DNA of 42,212 nucleotides from Nemertoderma westbladi. Its lineage: Eukaryota; Animalia; Xenacoelomorpha. Location: contig JAUCBJ010000387.1 of the NCBI GenBank assembly GCA_032718475.1, forward strand, positions 1 to 42,212. The letters run 5' to 3'. Shown one piece after another: positions 32,325-42,212 of this stretch. A program made the position numbers and the translations under genes. The notes beneath the pieces were generated by a model. The model did not search any database. It saw only the letters and a list, made by a program, of their open reading frames with translations, and had not been told where the DNA came from. Each line of letters begins with the position of its first letter. Position 1 is the stretch's first letter.

Positions 32325-33523
32325 AAGCAGGAAATTTATCAAGGTACTTTGGTCTCTCCTGGCTGTTAATTTTGTATGTCTATGTATTGGGGCCTATGTC
32401 CTGCACCCAATCGAACAGACCATCGGTGTCGTCCAGGGCGACAAGCTGTCGCCACTACTGTTTATTGCAGACCTGCCAGTGCTAATCGCTACTGCATCTA
32501 TCAGTATTTATATGTATGCGGACGACCTCGTCATCATGGGCGATTCCATCAGCGAGGTCCAGCAAAGCTTAAATAGACTGCTGGACTGCATCGACAACCA
32601 TATGACGGTCAACATTAAAAAGACCAAAGCAATGAAATTTAGACGAGGGAGAAGGCTCTCGGGGAATGATAAACTCTACTATAATGGAGTGACCTTGGAA
32701 TTTGTAAACAAATTTGAATACCTGGAGGTCGTTTTATCCGTGAAGAATGGATCATCCGCACATTATCAAGACCTCTATAAAAAAGGGATTGCTTGCGTCA
32801 TGAGACTGGCATCTTCAACACCTTTCACGTCACTATCCAAGGAATCTGCCCAGAGACTATGGGTAAGTATTGTTTATCCAACCATCACCTATGGAACAAA
32901 CATGTTTACCGGCGATGCCACACAACTGGAACACATACATAGGACTCGTGCTCTACACTGGAAAGCCTGGAGCGGCGTTTCGAAGTTTGCATCTTCCTCT
33001 GCTATTCTTAACTATATAGAACCAAATGACTTGGACCTCAGAAAATTATCTGGGTCTAGGAGACGAACGGCTGCACAACTTATATCCAACGGATTACATC
33101 ATAATCTGTGCTCGTCAGAAAATTGTTGGAGGCCAACAGATAATTGCATATGCTGGCTATGTCACTCAACTGCTTCCTCAACTACTTCGCACTATAATAA
33201 CTGTGGAAAAATACCAAAATTAACGCGTTTTGAATCGGCGGCATTTCTTAACAAACTCCAACGGCCCGTCAATGGCACTCCCTTTTAGTGTTTTAAACTC
33301 GATATATCTTTTATTTATTCTAATTGGTAATGCCGTGTTACTATGTAAAGTTGTGCATGCCTGAATATTTAGTAGGAATGGAACTAAAATAACCATTACA
33401 AATTACACTCACTGACTCTTAGAATTTTTATACCGTTAGTGTTTTAATTTAATGTCCTATATTTTATTTTATGTAATGCCCTACAGTTTTGATATGGTGC
33501 GAAATAAACCGAATCTAAGTTTC
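32325..33523 (+). mobile_element. 5'-truncated LINE (RT C-terminal half plus Cys/His-rich tail) with 13-bp TSD
   Basis: GVVQGDKLSPLLF...MYADDLVI...VNIKKTKAM...VNKFEYL; AATAAA near the 3' end; TSD ATTAAATAAATTT at 32312-24 and 33524-36. Confidence 0.88.
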
Positions 33524-33641
33524 ATTAAATAAATTTGTTAAACAATAATTAATGCAGGTGCTGTGTTTGTGACGGGATCCTGGAGTTGGCAGTCTGGATC
33601 CCGACCGGTGTGTTGTTTGGGTTATACGCGTCGCCGCGTTA

Positions 33642-36025
33642 TTAACTCACGATATCTGGTCCCACTGAGTGTCCCTCCTGTTTCCCCCTGGTAGCGTCCC
33701 ACAAGATCATTTTCATCACACGCAGCACGTGTTCCGCCAGAAAATCCCTGAATTCCAACCGATTTTCTGGTGACCATCTATCCAGGTATCTTTGGGTGTT
33801 AATGACCCCTCCATACGATGCTGCTGTCGCTACCTCCTGATACGTTAATGGTAGTCTCCTCTTTGTAATCTCCTGGTGGGCTTGTATGTTAATGTTGAAA
33901 AAGCCCTACCAGAACTCCTGGGCCTTCATCCTTTGCCTTGTCATGACTCCGACGTCGGCCCACTCCTCAAAAATGCGAAATTTCTCCTTGTCCTCCATCC
34001 AGTCGCACTGGCACTCAAAGTGCCCCCTAAACTTGCACTTCGAACACTTGTGGTGCAACCTTGGGCACGCGCTCGTCCTGTGCCTAGACTCACGGCAGTA
34101 AAGACACGCCATCCCCTTCTGGTAACGGTACAGACAGTTCTTTTGCTGATGGGTTAGTCTTCCACAGTAATCGCAACCATCTATTACTGTCTCTCGCCCC
34201 AAGTCGTCCTTGGCTCCACATAGCCTCCTGGGTCTGTGGAGCCGCTGGTAGGTAAACATCTCGACGTTGTCCTCCCTACCGATGTCGACGTCCTCCTCCC
34301 CCCTTGGCATCGTTTCCCCAAACACTACTCGTGGTGCCGTCCCCGGTTGCTCGCCCAGTCGGATCGTGTTCGCTGGGAAGTCCGTTGCCGGCTCCCCGTG
34401 CTCCCTGACTCGCTTGCCGGGTGCGTCCCAGAAGGCTCTCGCCCCGCTGGCTGTCACCACTCTCCCATCCACCCAGTCTGTGTCTGACCGGCCGATTCTC
34501 TCTATCGGCGGCATCACCCCGAACTCGTCCTCCTCTACCTCCTCTGCCACGAGCGGGTTGAGACCCGGAATCTCGATTGATCCACCATGTCCCTTTCCAG
34601 CCTGGTATTCATCCGTGGCACTCCACCCTTCCATCGTCCTCGGTCTCTTCCTCCTGAAGTCGCCCTCAGACCCTGCAGGCATCGCCATTCCCTGCAGCCC
34701 CGATGTAGACTGTATCAGTGTCCCTTCCATCCAATCTACCTCATCCCCCAGCCGAAACTCGCCCGAGGTCTCCGATCCCCACCTCAACTCGTCCAAGTCT
34801 TGGGCCTCAAACTCGTACTCCCATCCCCTTATGTCCGCATCTCTGCCTGCTGCCTCACTCCTCTCTCTCTCTCCTGGCGACTTCCTTCAGCCTGCTCTCC
34901 TCCTCTCTAGCCGCCTCCACTTTCTTACATCGCTTGTACGGTGTATCTACCTCTCTGTCCACCAGGTGTCGGGTATCATAATACACCGATTCGCCCTTCA
35001 GCCCCAGGTGGTCTACAAGACATTCTAGGGCTACCTTAAAGGCTCTCCTGTGGCTCAGAGCTGATCCCGGTAGTAGAAGCACCATCGGCTCCTTGCCGAT
35101 AGTCACCATGATAAATAGGTTTAAATAGCAAACCTATCATTATCCATTCCTCTTGTAAGATATATCTCTTCTGATATATCTTTATCGCTCCCTTCCGGAA
35201 GTGATATAGCTCCTCCTTCCCCGGTCTCGCTCCCCATTTGAGTGAGTTTGCAAGCTCCGCTCCGTATTCCTCTTGGAACTTGTTCCACTCCATCGGCTTG
35301 TGGTAGACGAGTCCCATCAGCTGGCTCATCGCCATGGCTCCGTAATGTCCGTGTTGTCCACCAATCCCAATCCATCTGGTTTCGTCATACCCATGTAGAC
35401 TTCCTGCATGTCTAGAAGATTCGGGTGCCCAGTCCAATAATCCTGTCCGCGTCGCAGCGTATCACCGATCCCACCTTGACCGTAGTCTTCAGCCTCACTA
35501 GTTCCTGCACCACTTTCAGTAACCAGTCTTACTTCGGCCTGCTCCTCTTCCCGTAGGTCCCTAGGTCGAATAGAAAGATATCTCCGTTCGGCGCCGCTAA
35601 GTGCAGCAATATGGTTCTAGCCGATCCTCCCGACCCCCTTCTCGAGCCCTCATTATCCTACATGGTCACTTCGTCATCTAGGACCATGTATCCACCCCTC
35701 TCCACGGAATCTACAAACCTCCTCCACTCCTTCCTCGGTGGTTCCTTTGCGTACTTCGGTATCCCGAACCTAGCCTCATCCCCCTTTACAACGTAGCGAA
35801 GATGCTCGTCGATCGCGTTGTCCAACGACGGCGTCCGTAGGTCCCGACCAGTCGTCGTTCGTGCATCTCCCTAAACTGATCCTGTAGCGGGTGCGCTTTA
35901 TCACCCTTCGGGAGCCTCAGCGTGAAGTCCACTAGTAGCTGCTTTCCGCTCTTCTCCGACTTCCTCTTCTTCACCAGTTTCTCCGCCAACACGAATCCAC
36001 TCACTCTCACCAAGCTGGTGAGGCC
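33642..36025 (-). pseudogene. Extra ORF of the BEL element: DEDDy-like 3'-5' exonuclease, acidic linker and 3 CCHC zinc knuckles (stops and frameshifts)
   Basis: Hand translation: GGYMVLDDE...RTILLHLAAPNGDIFLFDLG...ELVRLKTTVKVGSVIRCDADRI...NLLDMQEVY...GLVYHKPM...IYQKRYILQE, then CDYCGRLTHQQKNC, CLYCRESRHRTSAC and CSKCKFRGHFECQC. The frame continues past TAG 33906-08 to TAA 33642-44. Confidence 0.65.
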
Positions 36026-36469
36026 TTAGAAAGGCTCAGTTAGGTAAGAGGGTTACTAAATAAGATCTTATTCGCTTTGATCAGCAATGGTCAACCTCCT
36101 ATCTGCGCTTTTTGCTAGTTTTGGTACAAATATTCCCCTATGTGTCAATTTTTGGTCCTAATTTGCAATTTTTGTCCATTGCTTTTATTAATGATTCTAG
36201 AATTCTTCCTCCCAGTTGCTATAATTTTAGTAATTTTTATTATTATTTTTATATTCTCCCCCATATGTGCTATTATTCTATCTGCTACTTAATTACTACA
36301 TAAGTATTTCATTTCTACTTGTATACAGAGAAGATTAGCTACAGTTTTCCTATTGTCGTACTAGCTTCCTACCAGACAGTCTCCTGGCTCTGTAACAATA
36401 CCCTAAATCTGTACTACGGGCTTTGCGCTGCAGTAGTCTAGTTCGTGTGGCCTACACGGTCTATTCTAC

Positions 36470-36960
36470 TATGCCTACATAACCCCCTCGACTCCTCACG
36501 TGGCGCCCCCAGTGCCCACTATAGTACGTATTATGTGTTATAATTGGTCCCATTGACCCAGCTTGTGCTGGTATTCATTACGTATGTTGGCACATTGTGC
36601 CCATCAGACGTACGCAATGTATACCCCTCCTAATCCCCACACTATGGTACTGTGTACCCTTCTACTACAGTTTGCGTACATACCCCCCCCCCCCTCAACT
36701 CCTCACGTGGCGCCCTCAGTGCCCACAGTAGTACGTATTAGTATCTATGGTACTATGTACCCTTCTACTACAGTATGCGTACATACCCCCCCTTTAACTC
36801 CTCACATGGTGTGCTCTGTGCCCACAATAGTGCGTATTACGTATTAGTATTGGTCCCATTGACCCAGTGTGTGGTGCGTATGTAAACTAGGTATGTTGGT
36901 ACATTTTGTACCCATCCGACGTACGTAATTGTAACTACCTACACCTAAATATTATGTACT
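36470..36960. repeat. Degenerate internal duplications in the spacer between integrase and the extra ORF
   Basis: ACTCCTCAC(G/A)TGG...GTGCCCAC..TAGT(A/G)CGTATTA near 36491, 36698 and 36797; TTGGTCCCATTGACCCAG occurs twice. Confidence 0.8.
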
Positions 36961-37136
36961 TTGGTACGTGCGTACCCATCAGATGTACATAATGTCTACC
37001 TAAAGTGTACCTTGGTACTACTTACTACTTATTTTTATTTTATTTTTTTGATTTTTTGTGTGGGAAGGGCGTTTCGCCCTCATTCCCACTTAATATATTG
37101 GATGACTCAACTAACTTAGGGTGAGCCCTCCAATAG

Positions 37137-38602
37137 TCAACACTTCCCTACCACCCTCCTGTAGGTCTTCCTATCTTTGGCCCCTATCTTTCCTCCGATC
37201 CTCACTTCCACAGATCTAATCCTTCCGTCCTCGCTGGGGTAGCAATCCACTACCCTAGCCAGCCTCCAGTGATTGTTGATAATCGTGTCATCTGTGACGA
37301 TTATCAAGTCACCCTTCCTAAGCTCCCTCTGGTTATTCCTCCATTTGCTCCTCTTGTGCAGTGTTGGAAGGTTCTCTTGGATCCACCTTGTCCAATACTC
37401 TGCACTTATCGCCTTAGCCACCTTCCAGCTCTGATGTGAATGTATATCATCTGGGTCGATGTTTCGCATGTCAATCGTTGCTGGTCTCTCCATCAACAGG
37501 TGTGCTGGTGTTAGGATGTCCAGTGATTCTGGATTGTCGTTCTCAGGATACAGCGGGCGGCTGTTGATAATTCCCTCGCATTTCGCCAGTACTGTCCTCA
37601 GTACGTCCTCAGTGACCATATGATTATTCATGAGTTTGGTCATGAGTTGCTTGGAGCTTCCTACGAGGCACTCTACGCAGCCCAGCGTGTGTGGTGCGTA
37701 TGGCGTCCTCCTCTCCCATCTGATTAGGTGTTTCCGCATCGCTGCCTTGACATCTTTGCCCTCCAAGACGTCAAGGGCCTCTGCTAACTCATTCTCCTTG
37801 CCCACGAAGTTAGTCCCATTATCTGAGTATAGTACCTCAACTGTTCCTCCTCTGCAGGTCACAAACCTCTCCAATGCATTAATAAATGCTGACGCCGTGG
37901 CATCTTGAGCTAGTTCTATCCCCACTGCCCTCGTATTATTGCAGACGAAGATAATGCCATAGCGTTTCTCCGTATGCCGCATCACCTTTATTTTAATCGG
38001 CCCGAACATGTCCACGCCGCAGTGTGTGAACGGTGGGTCGTGATGCCTCACCCTGTTGGTTGGCAATGGCGCCATCTCCTGCACAGCCCTCTCCTTCTTC
38101 ATCCGTCGACATGTCTGGCATTGCCCCACTACCTCCTCACCATCTTCCTAAGCTGGATTACCCAGAATGTCTTCCGAATCTCCGTTAGGGTCTGGTTGGT
38201 ACCCCCATGTAATATGGACTTATGGGCGTCCCATATGATCTGGTGGATTATTGGTGACTTGTTGGGGATTATTATCGGCTTTGGTAGGATTAGGGCACTG
38301 ATGTTGTTCACCACCCTGGAGTTCATGACCAGGTTCCCATCCTTATCCAATTGTGGTGACAGCGCGTTGAGCTCGCTGTCCTGACGAAGGCGTTGCTGTT
38401 TGCTGATGCGGTCTACCTCGTCTCCGTATCCCTTTCTTTGTTCGTATCGTATCACGGCTTTAGCTGCTCCTTCCAGATCCATGGTAGGTTTCCTCTTAGT
38501 GTCTTTACCAGCTCCCCTGAGGAATTCTCCGTAGGCCCTCAGATACGGTACTAGCTTCTTCATCTTATACCAGCTGGAGCTGTAACTGAGCAGCCTATCC
38601 AT
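37137..38602 (-). pseudogene. pol: BEL/Pao integrase (HHCC zinc finger, DDE core, DUF5641-like C-terminus), frameshifted at ~38129
   Basis: AHKSILHGG...CQTC; PFTHCGVDMFGP; YSDNGTNFVG; EGIINSRPL; LTPAHLL; WIQENLPTLHKRSKW; WRLARVV. Confidence 0.93.
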
Positions 38603-38722
38603 TGGGTTATCGCACGACTCTTTCGCCTTAGATCATGGTGGCACCTCCTTAATCTCCCTCACTAACTGACTAAATATTTCTTCCCCTTCTGATTCCTCTC
38701 CCCCACCCTCCACTATCACTTC

Positions 38723-39034
38723 CTATGTACTTGGATCTACCTTCCTCATCGGGGGCCACTTTGACCTGTCGTTCATGAAGTGTGGGCCATGCAGCCACAA
38801 CTCCTGCTTCCTTGAGAGGGCGTGGCGTACAACACCCCTCAATAGCAAATCCGCTGGATTGTCGTCAGTTGGGCAGTAGTGCCACTTCTCCAAGTCTGAT
38901 GTTGCTCTTATCTCATCCACTCTGTTCGCCACGAATATGGGATAACGCGTCTTCTCATTATGCAACCATCCCAACACTACCATGGAATCTGTCCAGTAGT
39001 GAGTCTCTACTATACTTGGTATCGTGTCCACCAA
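38723..39034 (-). pseudogene. pol: BEL/Pao RNase H C-terminal part
   Basis: HYWTDSMVVLGWL...FVANRVDEI...WHYCPTDDNPADLL.RG...LWLHGPHF; no protease or RT upstream (deleted). Confidence 0.92.
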
Positions 39035-40234
39035 GTATGTTGTTCCGCGACCTCCGGGTCCAATCCCAGAATTCGCGCTACCCTATCGCCTACACTATCT
39101 CTCCCAGCATGGCCTATAGTATGTGCAGTAAGACCTACAGTATGTCCTGCAGTCTGCCTGTGTTCCTCCGGATCGAAGTTTAATCTTCTCGAATATTCCG
39201 AGAAGTCCTCCCCGCGACTACCATATCGTCGATCGGTAGCTACGTTGCGATGTGAAGTTTCCCTCTAATCCCCTGCTCTATCTCCCTCCTCGTATCGGTA
39301 CACTCTGTACCCCTCTCCAGGTGTGTGGTATATTTCCCCAGGTTGTGTTTCTCCGGGGTGACGGCAATCTCCCGGATTACGACCCCACCAGCCCTCTCTC
39401 TCCAGTTCGACTATCGACGGTTCGCTGTCCGTCCGGTCTCGACGTCTCTGGTTGCCCGTAGCAACATTTCCTCGTTCCTCCTCACTTCTTCTGGTTTCGG
39501 CATTATGTCCTCCTCCATGAGGTCTCGTATCGACCTCCCGGATGAACTCTACTGTTCTCCTTCCGTCTTCCGAGTGGGCTCGACGTTTTCTCGTTTGGCC
39601 GCTTACGCCACCAACATCCCTCCCTCTGACCAGTTGTACGGCCTTGCGGATATTCTTTGGCCTTCTATTACCCTCCGTTGTCGGGTGCCACGGTTCACTT
39701 AACTCACCGCGCGCATTATCTACCGACGCTTGTGGGGCTTCTACTGCCCCCCCTTTCCTCTGTCATTGGGACCCCCGGTTCACTTGAATCACCGCACGCA
39801 TTTCCCGTCGACATCTGTGGGACATTTACTGCCCCCCCCCCCCCCTCTCGTCGCTAACTGGTTGCGGTAGGGTGTCCGTAGCCCCCCCCCCCCCCCACCC
39901 GTGACTTCTCACTTCGCCCCTTTTGCCCCCCTGCCCATGTTCCCCTCTAGTCGACACGTTACTTCTGCTCTCCCCGGGTTCATTCACCCATGTTCCTCCC
40001 TGTGCAACCGGCGGCCTTGTAGGCCCCCGCTAGGCGAATTACCTGTTTCCCCAACATTTGTATTAATCATACTGCCACTAGCCTCACCCTGTTGATTTGT
40101 TATATTATTACTTGCATTATTTTGATTAATTTCACCAGAATTATTTTGGTTGCCCGGCGTAGCAATGTTTACATTATTATTTATTAAAACATTATTTCCT
40201 GCAAGAAATGTTTCATTAGTATTAGGGTTATCTA

Positions 40235-41533
40235 CTACGGTATAATATTAACGTTCTCATTGAACGTATTGTTGTTACCCCCCCCCCCCCCATCCGTCCG
40301 GTCACACCAGTTCTGGGTCTGTCGTCCGGTACCTGTAAGTGGGGTATTAACAAAGGTTTCCATCACTCCTGGTTCCTTATAAATACTTCCTGAACCAGCC
40401 TCGCTCTCTGATAAACCCATTTTTGCCAGTTCCAATCGGCGTTTTTGCTTCGCCTGATACTGCATTAATCCCCTCAACCAGGTATGCATATCATCCCTCA
40501 TACGTTTACCTGCCCCCTCTCTCTCTCTATCCTCTATAATACTCTGATCAGCTAACTCAGCCACCCTCGCAATCCTCTCAGCTTTCCTCGCGTCTCACTC
40601 TTTGCACTTTTGCACTTTGCACTAGTTGCCTCTCCCTTTCTAGTAACGCAGTCCCCTCATCCAGCTGTCTCTCTATTTCCTTTTGTTCCAGCGCGACTAT
40701 ATCTAGCTGACATGCCAGATCTATCTCTAACACCCTTCTTGCTTTCGCGGAGGATATAGCGAACTTTTCAGTTGCGACGGACTCCCGTCGCCTGTTCGTT
40801 CTACTAATTTTGCTGTGTCTGCTAGCATTTCTACTGACCGACAACACCGAATCTTCGGGGTTAATCTCGGGTTCGGCATCGTGCGGATCCGCCCATCCCA
40901 CTAACTTAATCCCCCATGCATCCACTAGATAGGGCCCTACGTACACTACACTAGCCGCCACCGCCTTGGATCGCCACAATTCGAACAGTTCTGTGGCGAC
41001 CCCCCTCGCCCTCTCACTTGCTAGTTCCCCCTGCCCAAATCGGACTAAGTAGTGGAAATGTTTGTTGCACTCACCTAGCCTCCGGTACAAGCCTCTGGTC
41101 TAGCCTCTGGTCTACCTTTCCTCCAGTTTTAGAGTCCTTTAGCAACTTCCTTGTGGCGTTGTACCATCGTCGTAGGCAATCACTCACCCCGATGTCTTCC
41201 TCCTGGACCTGACCTTCTCTCCTCGTCCAGCGCCGTACCATCGGCCCCACTGCATTGCCGTTCTGGTGGGCAGCTCGCCGCCTTCGGCCACTGGTTGGCC
41301 GGGGACTCCAGTACCTAGCTCGCCGCTGTGATCTCGCATCGACTCGCGTCCCTCTTCCCCTCGTACTTGGCCGCTGTCCTCTCCGACCACCGAATCCTCT
41401 CTCCTCTCCGAATCCAGTGTGGCGGGCCGATACCGCTTCGTCGCTGCTTTCCGAATCGTCTGGTCTCTGTCGCTCGGGGTTCGCGGCAGGCTCGCTTCTC
41501 CCTCTGGACCTTGGGCGTCTGTTGTTCACTCAT
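40235..41533 (-). pseudogene. gag: Decayed gag N-terminal region of the second BEL element
   Basis: Chain of same-strand ORFs upstream of pol; includes INPEDSVLSVSRNAS followed by a charged coiled-coil, a pattern common in BEL gag. Confidence 0.6.
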
Positions 41534-42212
41534 CGTTGGCGTGTTGTTCTGTCACAGTTTATTTTATTTTGTTTTGATGGTTGTCGATCGACGGTTTTTA
41601 TCTGTGATGGGATCCCGACCAGTGTGTTGTTTGAGTTATACGTATCGCCGCGTCCGTGGGCTGCTGAAAGGCCTGATAGTATCTGAACTCTAAGGCAGAA
41701 GGCCGTTTGAATAACTGAGTTTTAGTGGCAGTTGAGTTGGCTAATGACAGAATATAATAATGGCTCAATCAGAATATAATAGCACGGTAATGACGACGGT
41801 TAAAAACCGTTCCAGTCTCACAACTCTACACATACCAACTGAATCATAAGCAATAAATACAACGGTTATATTATTAACACATATCGGTTACTCCTACTGC
41901 TCTAAGTGGCCTGGCCAATGGATACACTTCAATTACATGGTTTTCCGTCCCATCATTGGCTGACCTATTTAATCTCCACTTCGGCACTCCCTGTTGCCAC
42001 TGTCCCCAATTGCTAACACCTTTGTCCCCTTGAGATGGTTTTTTGACCTCTCAACTCTGCTTGTGGCTGGCAATGTGTATCCCCTAAGTTGGTTATTAGG
42101 TGAAATTATATTAGTAATTTCACCTTCTCAACTATAATTGGTAAAAGCCACTTTCCCCATTTTCCGCTGGGTAGTGCAGGGAATTGAATCCGCTTACAGT
42201 GTCTGTTTGCGT

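Larger units (their letters stand above)
33568..42018 (-). mobile_element. Decayed, internally deleted BEL/Pao LTR retrotransposon with an extra ORF downstream of integrase
   Basis: gag-like remnants at 39100-41533, BEL RNase H C-terminus, integrase and extra ORF, all on the - strand. About 50 bp is shared between 33568-33639 and 41603-41653. Candidate 5' LTR 41603-42018 (TGTTAG...TCACA). Confidence 0.8.

Noticed and set aside
34236-35028. + strand Ser/Pro-rich ORFs (also 702-1256, 39325-39857, 41255-41693)
   Set aside because: They are antisense shadows of purine-rich retrotransposon coding sequence on the - strand.

Overview
Animal (probably invertebrate) nuclear DNA, AT-rich, with GT-AG spliceosomal introns. 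A + strand gene with at least 15 exons (7058-32296) can be assembled by hand with every intron phase matching. It gives about 981 aa, lacks its 5' end, and encodes repeated ~170-aa beta-rich modules, a (GDTTPA)n mucin-like tract and a C-terminal F5/8 type C (discoidin) domain. Two of its introns end in large tandem arrays made of the intron/exon junction itself: 32 x 72 bp (4789-7100) and ~178 x 59 bp (12712-23279), with the real exon starting in the last copy of each. Introns also hold an initiator tRNA-Met gene, several LINE fragments (one apparently 5'-inverted), an Academ-like non-autonomous DNA transposon with a nested LINE, and a tRNA-like Pol III element with a degenerate hammerhead fold. 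The window starts in the gag of one BEL/Pao LTR retrotransposon (- strand). It ends in a second, decayed BEL/Pao element that carries, after integrase, an extra ORF reading as a DEDDy-type 3'-5' exonuclease fused to three CCHC zinc knuckles. All family calls rest on motif recognition by eye; no searches were run.
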